In this document: positions 38,292 through 50,000 of the stretch, piece by piece
How the letters are laid out: the number at the start of each line of letters is the position of its first letter
Numbering within the stretch: the first letter of the stretch is position 1
DNA from: Macrostomum lignano
Taxonomy: Eukaryota
Direction of reading: 5' to 3'
Length of the DNA: 64,000 nt
NCBI GenBank assembly: GCA_002269645.1
Contig: NIVC01000708.1
Span: forward strand, 62,001-126,000
Made by a program: the position numbers and the translations under genes
The notes under the pieces: model-generated
Databases searched by the model: none
What the model was told of the DNA's origin: nothing
What the model saw: the letters and a program-made list of their open reading frames with translations, nothing else

Positions 38292-41200
38292 TCAGCTGGC
38301 CCCGTCTTCGCTCAGCGCGTTCCACCGGTTGCTCACCTGGACGGCCTCGGGCTTGGCCGAGCCGCCGAACGCCTGCGAGTGCGCCGGGTGGCTCCGGCGG
38401 CCGCCCGGGTCTCGCACGCTCTCAAATGGCCGGCTGTCCTCCACACCCGGCCGGCCGGCAGTCGCCGACGTTTCGCTGCTCTCAGCTCCGCCGCTGACGC
38501 CCGGCGCCAGTGTGGGGAACTCCTCCACGTCGTTGATGTTCGGCGCGTTCTTGTCGCGTCGGCCGGAGCCGCGCGGCAGCGGCCTGGCAGCGAACAGGTC
38601 GGCAGCCGGGCGCCCGCTGACGGCCGCTGCTGCCGTGCGCCGGTGCGGCGGCACGTACTGGGTGGCCCGCGGCGCCGACGGAGCCTCGCCGCTGCCGCCG
38701 CCAGCCGAGGCCGCCTGCGAATCAGCGCTGGCGCCGCCGCCAGCAGCAGCTGACGCTGCCGGAGCTTCGCCGCCGCCGGCCTCGCCGCCAGCCGCAGCAG
38801 CAGATTCTGCGGGTGCAGCGGCAGCGGCGGCCGCAGCGGCTGATTCAGCAGCTTTGCGACGCCAGGGACCTTCGTCAACGGAGCCGGCCTCGCCGCCATC
38901 CTGGCCAGAGCCGCCCTCGCTGCTGGCCTCCTGGGCTTGGCGCTCGGCCAGGTTCACCACGCGGAGGCCTTCGAGGTTGAGGCCTGATGGGTCGTCGAAG
39001 TCCTCCCAGTCGTCATCCTCCTGGGTTGGATGGGGAGACAGTGGGCACAGTCTACTAACAGTAGCCTAATGAGAACTGGACTATAATGAGAATTTTAGTT
39101 TCTATGGCTAGACCGAAAAAGATGGGATTTTGGTAAATCAAAAAGATTTAATACATAGAAAATTTATATTGAATATAAAAGGTAAAAGTATAAGATATTA
39201 AAAATAGACACTGATGACAAATTTAAAGCATCAGGGCACTAAGATAAATAATATTTAGGATATTATGTGTCAATGGTACTCAATACTACAAAGTTACTAA
39301 ATCTGAAAACAGGTTAATCTAAAATAATTCAACCATTTATTCTAAGTAGTAATATCTGCAACTGAGCTACTGTCAGGTGAAAATCATAACCCAGTTGTCC
39401 TGCTTTTTTTTATCATATCAACTAACAATTCTATCATATCAATTTATATGGCATTTTATTATATTTACAAAATCTTATATGAATATATAAATATTATATT
39501 TACAACTTTTTTTTAAATTGGCAACTGGCATAGGAAAAATGAAGTGGCATCATTTGATTGGCCTCTGATGCCAAAAATCCAGTTGCCAATAAGATTTTCA
39601 AGGGGCCAAAAACCCTGTATGGCCTAAAAAACCCAGGATAGGAGTCAAATCATTTTTTCATTTGAACTACCTTTTTATCTCAAACCTAGGTTAAAATCAG
39701 GGGGTCTCAACTTTGCGCAGATCAAAAGCCCTCTTTTAATACAAAAGACATTATTCTTAGCACTATCAAGACACCTTTTAGATGCCTAACATAGGGTTGG
39801 TAGCAAACTATATGTACTTTAAGCAGTGGCAATAGTGCAGTTTCGTTTGCAAAATTATTTTTTGTTTAAATTTGAAAGTTTGAAACCAGAAAACAATAAC
39901 AACAATAAAAAATAATGTTTTAAACCATTCTAATGATTGTGGCAGAGACCGTGGCAGCCATCAGGTCGCACGCATTTAGCTCTAGTTGCGGTAGAGCATT
40001 TGCTAGCAGCACTTCATTCAGCGGAATTATCCACGAGGGTCTTGGTGGTCGTCTAGCCATGATACAATATGTTGTCCAAAAGAAAAAGCAGATATTAGCA
40101 GCTTCTCAGGTAAAGGGAAACAGTTCAAGCCCCCCCCCACTTGAGCCCCTTTTGATTTTTCGAGCCTCTAACTCTATGTCTAAGGACACGGCCGCCGTGT
40201 CCATAGCTACCACACTACTCTGTGCCTAGAGCCATGGCAGCTGTGTCTTTAGCTGTGTGGACTCGCGGCACGGCCACCGTGTCCCTAGCTCTGTATATGG
40301 GGACACAGCAGCCATGTTCCTAGTAATCTACCACTCACATGCCTGGGGGCACGGCGGTTGTTAGATTTGGGTGAAAATCGGAGAAGTGAAAAAACAGCCT
40401 ATTTGACCAAAAGACAAACTTGGATCCACGACACAGTTATATACTTATGAGTTTTAGTATATTGGAAAAGATTGATCGACACAATATTTAACTGTCTTTA
40501 CGAACACTACTGGTGACATTCGAGCTACCTACGTACATGTATCAAATCATGTTCTCCGTGTCCCTAGTCATGGCGTTTTTTTAAAATATTTTTTCCATAG
40601 ACAACTTGCATTTCAAGTAGCATTCGAACGTGGAACAGATTTAATCAAAAAAGTATATTAATAGAGTGCCCATTTGCTTTAAAGTTCCATGACCAGTGAG
40701 CTTTGGCATAGTCGCTAGAATGGTTTAAAACATTGTTGTTATTGTTTTCTGGTTTTGAACTTTCAAATTTAAATGAAAAATAATTTTGCGAACGAAACTG
40801 TACTATTGCCTAAGCAGTCTACCTTTAAAATTCCTTGGCCATAGTAGGGATTAGAACATTGGCACTTTGCTATTAAACTACAACCTAAGCTACTAGTTCT
40901 TTATCTAGGGTAGGGCCTTTAAGAAAGTAAGGTCTAATCCCCTGCCTAGATTCCCCTTCTATCTTGATATTAGTACCTCTGGCCTTGGCTATAGCTCTAT
41001 AAGCTATCATTCCCTAGGTTATATCACAATTAAGTGTGATTTTCCTAAGCTAATACTAGCATATAAATAAGCATATTTAATATATCAGCTTATATATTAT
41101 ATTCCAATTCAGGGCTCATTGTTAGTTTCTTGTTTGTAAAATATTTTGTTCTATTCTTTATTATTGAAAGCCCTTTAAAATCAGGTTAGATGGCTACATA

Positions 41201-41771
41201 AAGCCAAATTGCATTAACAAAGATTAGAAACTTTTTAAATGCTTGAATCTTGGGATCCTAGCCCAATTTGTTGGGATCCTAGGATTAGCAAAGTCCAAGA
41301 TATCCCAATCCCAGGAATCCCAAGATTTTGTATTTCCTAATTGCCATTCATTAGATAAAATACTTATAATTATATAGGCCTACAAATTATAATAGATTAT
41401 AATGGCAGTTTTTAGGCTTAGATAAACAATATCTTATTTGTCAATATCTATATATAAATTGCATTATAAGTTTAATAACAGCGAGTAATGAATAAAAAAT
41501 GAAACATTAACCAAGCTAAAGGACAAATTATTTATCGAGGCCTTGTTAATTAGTCTACTCTCAAATAAATCTTATCTCAATAGTCACATACCTTAGTCTT
41601 CTTTAGAACATGCGGTGCCTGTTCATTACTTTCAAGCAGTTGTTTCTTCTTCTGTTTTTCCTTTTTAGCCTCATTCTCTTTTTTCATTTCATCCAGGAGA
41701 TTGGCAGCAACAATCTTAGTTTTCCCCTTTTTCTTGTCCTTCTTTGCAAAAAAGTCATCGAGATCACCCAT
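38292..41771 (-). CDS. CDV3: CDV3 homolog, 302 aa
   Basis: complement join(41592..41771, 38292..39020), phase-0 GT-AG intron. Motifs MGDLDDFFAKKDKKK, EDDDWEDF...GLRV, GPW, YVPP, EEFPTL, NRWNAL are characteristic of CDV3. Confidence 0.85.
39828..40810. mobile_element. Non-autonomous DNA transposon with >100-bp TIRs and 8-bp TSD (Merlin- or MULE-like)
   Basis: Ends GGCAATAGTGCAGTTTCG... / ...CGAAACTGTACTATTGCC; TSD TAAGCAGT at 39820-39827 and 40811-40818; lies in the CDV3 intron. Confidence 0.85.
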
Positions 41772-43553
41772 CTTGCTTTTGCAATTGCAGACAAAGAAAA
41801 AGTAAAGTAATTTTAACCCCGGCACGAAGTGCTACGAGGCACGAAAAGAACAAGATAAGGCTTTAAATGTGTTACCAGAAGACGCTTTTACTTTGCTCGT
41901 GGCTGGTGCAAGTTCAAGAGCCTTTGCGGTCATTTAAATAATATGAACGGCCGGGTTAGAAACAAAAACATACTAAAACAAATACAAAAGTGTTTTTACC
42001 TATTTATAAGAAAGTATAATCTTGTTTTTACTACTTAATTAAAAAAACAATTTCACTTTCAATAACTTTATTTTGAATTTACTAGAAATGTAAGCTTGAA
42101 CTATTTTCGTTTTTCGTTTTCACCTTCCTCGCACGTGGCCCGTGCGATATGACTATAGCAGTAAGTGTTCCAAGTTCCAGGTTCCAAGTATAGTTACACA
42201 AATTTTGTTTCAAGTTGTCGTTTTGAACATTAGTTCAACGGCTGGACTTTTTACAGCAAGGCTTTGATACGCTTAATGACAGTGTAATACTTTTTACTTT
42301 CAGGTTTTAATACATCTAGATCCATTTGCATTAATGTCTGGATATTATATTAGGATAATCTGATACGTGTCATGATAGTGATACCTACTATATATATTGC
42401 GTTAGATTAGAAAACCAAAAATAAATCAATGTTATAATTTTGATTCTTACACAAACGCATTGATTTTAGTATTGTTTTTATGTTTTACTGCATGTTAGGA
42501 ATATTTAACTATAGGCCTATTAGTATTATAAATGCTACTAAGCTGCTACTTTCTCAACTAGGAAAGGGCTGGGTACACTGGAGAGCTCAAAAATAATCAT
42601 CTCAGAGCAAGATAGTTCAGGAATCATTGAAAAAATAATTTAACGAACAAAACTTGAAGATTGCCTATAAATATAGTTTAGTTGAGGTAAGGTTAGAGAT
42701 TGCAAAATCCTGGTTTTTTGTGATCCTGGGATCCCAGGATTTAATCCCAATATTTAGCCAATCCTGGGATCAGAAAAATACAAATTTTTAAGCTTTTAGG
42801 TCAAAATTTTAAAGCAAAATGTGCACTAAACATATTTTTGCTTCCATTTTTGATTGTTATAAAGAGAAAGATCCTTTTGTAAATGAAAAACAATATTATC
42901 TTGTGGCATATTTAAGTAAGTAGCATAAAAGTACTATTTAAAGTCTAGTAAGCCAAAATGATGCAAGTAAGGGTAGCAGAGTTAGATAGCCCTAAATAAG
43001 AGGCAAGTGCATGGGGTCAGAACACCCTTAGATAGACATTAGCCCTTTTACCACCAAGTTGAATATTTGTGGTGGGCTTTATCTATTTAATGTACAATGC
43101 CTCAAGAGAGACAACTTTATACTTTGAATAACTCTGATTAATACTCTGGCAATTACAATCAATAATTTCAAATTTATTAGCATATCTAACTTTAGCGCAT
43201 TGGTTGCTATATTTTATGAGATTAAGTTGATATAATAGTCACTAATCATTGATAGAAGTGTCTATCGCCCAAGTGTCTTGTTGCCAAAGTGACTAGTAGC
43301 CTCCCAAGCCAAGTTCAATATTTGTCATTTTGCCAAACCCAGCAGCCAGGTTCCTAGTGTCACTGTGGGCAGAATTGAATGATGCATCATTTGTGTACAT
43401 AGGTCACTCGAGCTCCACTTTATGAGCTTAAGTTGACAGACCCTTTTTTGTAAGGTAGGATGCAAAGGCGCTCTGCTCTTCCTTCAAGTTTCAATTACTC
43501 CCTTTGCGCTGAGGTTTTGCTATAAATTGCAAAAAAATTCGATACAATGTCAA

Positions 43554-43624
43554 GCATCGGTGGTTCAGTGGTAGAATGCTCGCCTGCCACGCGGGCGGCC
43601 CGGGTTCGATTCCCGGCCGATGCA
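43554..43624 (+). tRNA. trnG: tRNA-Gly (GCC)
   Basis: Identical to the 32027 copy; TATAAA ~33 nt upstream, T-run downstream. Confidence 0.97.
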
Positions 43625-44013
43625 ACTTTTTAAAATATAAAGTCAAACGTTTTTTTCCAAAAAGTATTTTTTTGGATTCGTTAATAAATTTATAGATTTA
43701 AATTTTAGCATAAACAAGCATACAAACAAATATTAGAGATCTATTATATTTAGATTTTTTGGAGTATTTGAGAATTAGGCTTTTTTATTTAAGGCTCTGG
43801 TATTGCCATATGCAACATTAGTCCCATTAAATTGTTTTTTTCTAGAATCTAATGCTTCTACTAACTAGAACTAGCATATATTGGGCTTGATCTATCTATT
43901 AGTAATAACTAATAGAAAAATAGCCTAGTATTTTAACGCAAAACTACTTACAGCAGCCGAATCAGTTTTCCGATATGTATCGAAAAAATGCTTTGTAAAT
44001 CTTAAATTTTCAG

Positions 44014-47000
44014 AAGGTATTCAGCTACGCTTCGTATTTTTCGGTCAGCAATTTCGGCGACCGGTCCAGCGGCAAGCAATTCGAAATTCCTGAGTCGCAA
44101 CGCCACGATGCAAACATTGGTCGCGCTCTCAGCGAGGTGGGCATTGACCCCCTCTATTCGGTGTTTTTCGATCTGCTGCCGAAGCGACCTCGCCACTCAG
44201 TCAGCGACAAACCGTCGCCTTGCGATTGGTGGCTCTGCTTCAGCGCCCACCTCGGCAAGTTCTGCGACTTCCCCAATCGGTGGAAGTCTCTCATTCAGCA
44301 GGTGCTGAGCAAGAACCCATCGCTATTGATGTACGTAGCCCAGCAGGTTATGGTGATGCTTCTCGATGAGAAGTACGGCTTCGACTTTGACGAGACTTAC
44401 CCGTCCAGGCCGTTCTGGTTCTTCATCTACGGCCTGCTGCTGCTGGATGAGCATGAGTGAGTGCCAACCTTAGGCGAGACCCTGCGGCCTTCAGCGATGT
44501 TAATCTTAATGATGACCCTTACAATATTTATCCCAATCCCCATCCTCAGGATATTTATAAATATCCCCATCCTCATGATACTCGTATGTATCCAAATCCC
44601 CATCCGCAGAATATTTATCCAAATCCCCATCCTCAGAATATTTATCCAAATCCCCATCCTCAGGATATTTATCCAAATCCCCATCCTCAGGATATTTATC
44701 CAAATCCCCATCCTCAGGATATTTATCCAAATCCCCATCCTCAGGATATTTATCCAAATCCCCATCCTCAGGATATTTATCCAAATCCCCATCCTCAGGA
44801 TATTTATCCAAATCCCCATCCTCAGGATATTTATCCAAATCCCCATCCTCAGGATATTTATCCAAATCCCCATCCTCAGGATATTTATCCAAATCCCCAT
44901 CCTCAGGATATTTATCCAAATCCCCATCCTCAGGATATTTATCCAAATCCCCATCCTCAGGATATTTATCCAAATCCCCATCCTCAGGATATTTATCCAA
45001 ATCCCCATCCTCAGGATATTTATCCCAATCCCCATCCTCAGGATATTTATCCCAATCCCCATCCTCAGAATATTTATCCCAATCCCCATCCTCAGAATAT
45101 TGATCCCAATCCCCATGCTCAGACTATTTATCCCAATCCCCATCCTCAGGATATTGATCCCAATTCCCATCCTCAGAATATTTATCCCAATCCCCATCCT
45201 CAGGATATTGATCCCAATTCCCATCCTCAGAATATTTATCCCAATCCCCATCCTCAGGATATTGATCCAAATCCCCATCCTCAGGATATTGATCCCAATC
45301 CCCATGCTCAGACTATTTATCCCAATCCCCATCCTCAGGATATTTATCCCAATCCCCATCCTCAAAATATTGATCCCAATTCCCATCCTCAGAATATTTA
45401 TCCCTGTCTTAGCTAAAGAATCCCAATCCCCCACTCAGAGAAAGCCAATGCTTATCCCACAAACTGCCATCCCCAGGCTGGCCGGCCTCACGCCGGCTGC
45501 CGACGGTGCCGCTAGCTGCCTGAGCCTGGCGGCCTCCACGCGCAGCAGCGGCGACATCCCAGCCGGGGTGAAGCGCCTCCACACGCTGTTGCACCGGCGC
45601 TACCTGGCTGGCCGCAAGCGGCGCCTTTCGCCCGACGTCTCCGTTGACTATCGCGCCGTCAGCAAGCGCCGCTGGAGCGAGTTCAAGCCGTGGTACCAGG
45701 AGCGCCAGCGTCAGCTGTTGCAGCTGACTGCGTCGCACCGCTCCGAAGGCAGCGGCGACTCGACTTCGCGTAGATGCGTTGGCGCCAGCTTCCTCCAGAC
45801 TTTCCTAGAAATTGTGCTAGCGAACGAGCCGCTCCGCCTGAAGCTGGACAAAGCGCTGTGCCGCCTGCCTTTGGATGAGTTCAGCGGCTGCTTGAACAGC
45901 TGCCTGTCGCAGACTGTGCACTGGAAGCAGCTCATGTGTCAGGACGGCTTTGCCCGGCTGGCCCGGCTCTCCTGGGAGCCGCCGCACACAGCCATTGGGT
46001 GCGTGCAGCTGCAGCCCATTAGTCAGCTGTAGTGCATTAGTTAGTCAGCTGTAGCCCATTAGTCAGCTGTAGTTCATTAGTTAGTCAGCTGTAGCCCATT
46101 AGTCAGCTGTAGTTCATTAGTTAGTCAGCTGTAGCCCATTAGTCAGCTGTAGTTCATTAGTTAGTCAGCTGTAGCCCATTAGTCAGCTGTAGTTCATTAG
46201 TTAGTCAGCTGTAGCCCATTAGTCAGCTGTAGTTCATTAGTTAGTCAGCTGTAGCCCATTAGTCAGCTGTAGTTCATTAGTTAGTCAGCTGCAGCCCATT
46301 AGTTAGTCAGCTGCAGTTCATTAGTTAGTCAGCTGTAGCCCATTAGTTAGCTGTATATATTAGTTAGTCAGCTGTAGTTCAGCTGTAGTTCAGCTGTAGC
46401 TGTAGCTGTAGTTCATTAGTTAGTCAGCTGTAGTTCAGCTGTAGTTCAGCTGTAGCTGTAGCTGTAGTTTATTAGTTTGTCAGCTGTAGCCCATTAGTTA
46501 GTCAGCTGTAGTGCATTAGTTAGTCAGCTGCAACCCATTAGTTAGTCAGCTGCAGTGCATTAGTTAGTCAGCTGCAGCCCATTAGTTAGTCAGCTGTAGT
46601 GCATTAGTTAGTCAGCTGCAGCCCAATAGTTAGTCAGCTGCAGTCCATTAGTTAGTCAGCTGCAGTGCATTAGTTAGTCAGCTGCAGCCCATTAGTTAGT
46701 AATGTTATGCAACATTGTCCCTGTCTTCCCGCAGGGTTTTCCCCACTATCCCGTCCCTGGACGCTGAGCCGAGGCAGCAACAGCAGCGGCGGCCGAAGCA
46801 GGCGGAGCTCCATTGTCTGCGGCTGCTGGCGAACGATTCTCGAGCAGTTTTCTGCGAGTTCACGAGTAATGCGGACAAGGACTATGTGAGCTACCGTTGC
46901 AACTTTATGCGTAAATAACCAGTTTCGGGTTTCTATGCGGAATTATTTGACAAAGTTTTCGCCTGCCCGAATCCGACAGAACGTGATGGCGTTCAGCTCC

Positions 47001-50000
47001 GAGTGGGAGGCCCTGGCCATGGCCTGGTACTTGCAGCGGCACCGGCTGCTGGCTGTTAGCTTCAGCCAGTCCATGCTGGAGCCTGACGGGGCCCTGGAGA
47101 GTCGGCTGCTGCTGCCCAAACTGCTGCAGCTCTACAGGCCTGTGCTAGGAATGTGAGTGGTTTAGATGTCACCCGCGCTGTGCAGGTGCTAATTAGTCCT
47201 GATAAGGGTGGGTCACCCATGCCAGTGTGAGTGAGTGCAGGTGCTAATTAGCCCTGATAAGGGTGGGTCACCCATGCCAGTGTGAGTGAGTGCAGGTGCT
47301 AATTAGCCCTGATAAGGGTGGGTCACCCATGCCAGTGTGAGTGAGTGCAGGTGCTAGTTAGCCCTGATAAGGGTGGGTCACCCATGCCAGTGTGAGTGAG
47401 TGCAGGTGCTAATTATCCCTGATAAGGGTGTGTCACTCAGGCCAGTGTGAGTGAGTGCAGGTGCTAATTATCCCTGATAAGGGTGGGTCACCCATGCCAG
47501 TGTGAATGAGTGCAGGTGCTAATTAGCCCTGATAAGGGTGGATCACCTTCAGCCAGTGTGAGTGAGTGCAGGTGCTAATTAGCCCTGATAAGGGTGGGTC
47601 ACCCATGCCAATCCCCAATCCTCTCGCAGAGCTCCGTTCATCCCAGGCAGAGGCCCCGACCCAGAGCAGCAGTGCGAGTTCAACCTGCAGCTCACAGCAT
47701 TCAACTGCTCAGATCCTGAGCAGCCCCGCCTGACACTGTCGGACCCGTCTGACGGCAACAAAGCTCACCAGGTGGGCTGGATGGCGGACCCAACCCTGGC
47801 GGCCAGGGCCAGCTGCGGCCGTCTGCTGCAGGGCCTGCTGTCCGACGTGCTGCCCATGGACGGCTTTGCGGTCCGGCCGGACACCCTGCCGGTGCTGAAG
47901 CCCAACGAGTTCCAGGTGCTCACTGACAACCATCACGAAAACCGACAAGGTCAGCGACCCACTTCTTTATTTTTGTCTTCCTATTTTTACATTTCTTAAC
48001 TTCTCCAATTTAAACGAAAATTGCCAAAATGCACTCTAAACAGTTGTGAGGATCAGCCTCACGAGCAACAAGTTTCACCTGCCTAGCCGGCTTGTGCTCA
48101 AGCGAATTCCGTCGGTAAGCTGCGAAAGTTGCTTGGAAATCAATTTAACTTTGTGATTTGTGTACTGTGTGTAATCTGTGCGCGGGTAATTGAAGCATGA
48201 GCAGGGGAGATGGGATCATGAGCAGGGGAGATGGGATCATGAGCAGGGGAGATGGGATCATGAGCAGGGGAGATGGGATCATGAGCAGGGGAGATGGGAT
48301 CATGAGCAGGGGAGATGGGATCATGAGCAGAGGAGATAAGGTCATCAGCAGGGAGATAAAATCATGAGCAGAGGAGTTAGGTCATGAGCAGGGAGATAGG
48401 ATTATGAGCAGGGGAGATGGGATCATGAGCAGGGGAGATGGGATCATGAGCAGGGGAGATGGGATCATGAGCAGGGGAGATGGGATCATGAGCAGGGGAG
48501 ATGGGATCATGAGCAGGGGAGATGGGATCATGAGCAGGGGAGATGGGATCATGAGCAGGGGAGATGGGATCATGAGCAGGGGAGATGGGATCATGAGCAG
48601 GGGAGATGGGATCATGAGCAGGGGAGATGGGATCATGAGCAGGGGAGATGGGATCATGAGCAGGGGAATGGATCATGAGCAGGGTAGATGGGATCATGAG
48701 CAGGGGAGATGGGATCATGAGCATGGGGAGATGGGATCATGAGCAGGGGAGATGGGATCATGAGCAGGGGAGATGGGATCATGAGCAGGGGAGATGGATC
48801 ATGAGCAGGGGAGATAGGATCACGAAAGAACGGGGCTGTAATTCCATAAGATATATTTGCCTTTGAACTCCCCGCCTTCCTCCCCGGAGTTCAATAACTT
48901 CGCGAAGACGCGGCGCCTGATGTCCCTCGCCAGTCAGTCCTGCCGCCTGAACTGCGCTCACATCAACCCGGTGCTGGCGCTCACCCTGGAGCCTGAGTTT
49001 GGCATCATCTCGGAGCTGCGACTCGCCTCCTGCGCCACTCTGCTCGCCAGCAGGCAGCGCAAAGTTCACTTCACTGTTGCTCACCTGGTCAGCATGCTCA
49101 GGCAGTGTCTCAGCGCACTCTTGTACCTGCTCAGGCAGACCTGTGTAAGTGGCGCTTATTGGACTCCTTCATTGGGGTGTACAGGAGTGCATTGGTGTTC
49201 ATTGGTGTGTACAGAGTGCATTGGTGTTCATTGAGGTGTACAGGAGTGCATTGGTGTTCATTGGTGTGTACAGAGTGCATTGGTGTTCATTGGGGTGTAC
49301 AGGAGTGCATTGGTGTTCATTGGGGTGTACAGAGTGCATTGGTGTTCATTGGGGTGTACAGAGTGCATTGGTGTTCATTGGGGTGTACAGGAGTGAATTG
49401 GTGTTCATTGGGGTGTACATAGTGCATTTGTGCTCATTGGGGTGTACAGGAGTGCATTGGTGTTCATTGGGGTGTACAGGAGTGCATTGGTGTTCATTGG
49501 GGTGTACAGAGTGCATTGGTGTTCATTGGGGTGTACAGGAGTGCATTGGTGTTCATTGGGGTGTACAGGAGTGCATTGGTGTTCATTGGGGTGTACAGAG
49601 TGCATTGGTGTTCATTGGGGTGTACAGGAGTGAATTGGTGTTCATTGGGGTGTACAGAGTGCATTTGTGCTCATTGGGGTGTACAGGAGTGCATTGGTGC
49701 TCATTGGGGTGTACAGGAGTGTATTGGTGCTCATTGGGGTGTACAGGAGTGTATTGGTGCTCATTGGGGTGTACAGGAGTGTATTGGTGTTCATTGTGGT
49801 GCACATGAACGCATTGAACTCTGCAGTCGGACAGTAGGCACCACAACAACATCAAGCTGTCGAACATCTTGATCGACTACCTGGACTCTAACGCCATTAA
49901 TGTCCGGCTGTGCGACCTTGCTTGTCCAGCTTCGACGCAGGAGTCTGTTGCCAACGACTTGAACAAGCTGCACCACTGCTTGTACGATGAACTGCTGTGC

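Noticed and set aside
38122-39069. 315-aa plus-strand ORF
   Set aside because: Antisense shadow of the GC-rich CDV3 exon 2.
43954-44013. 23-nt micro-exon plus 37-nt intron as the kinase 5' extension
   Set aside because: Phase-compatible but supplies no ATG; cannot be supported without transcripts.
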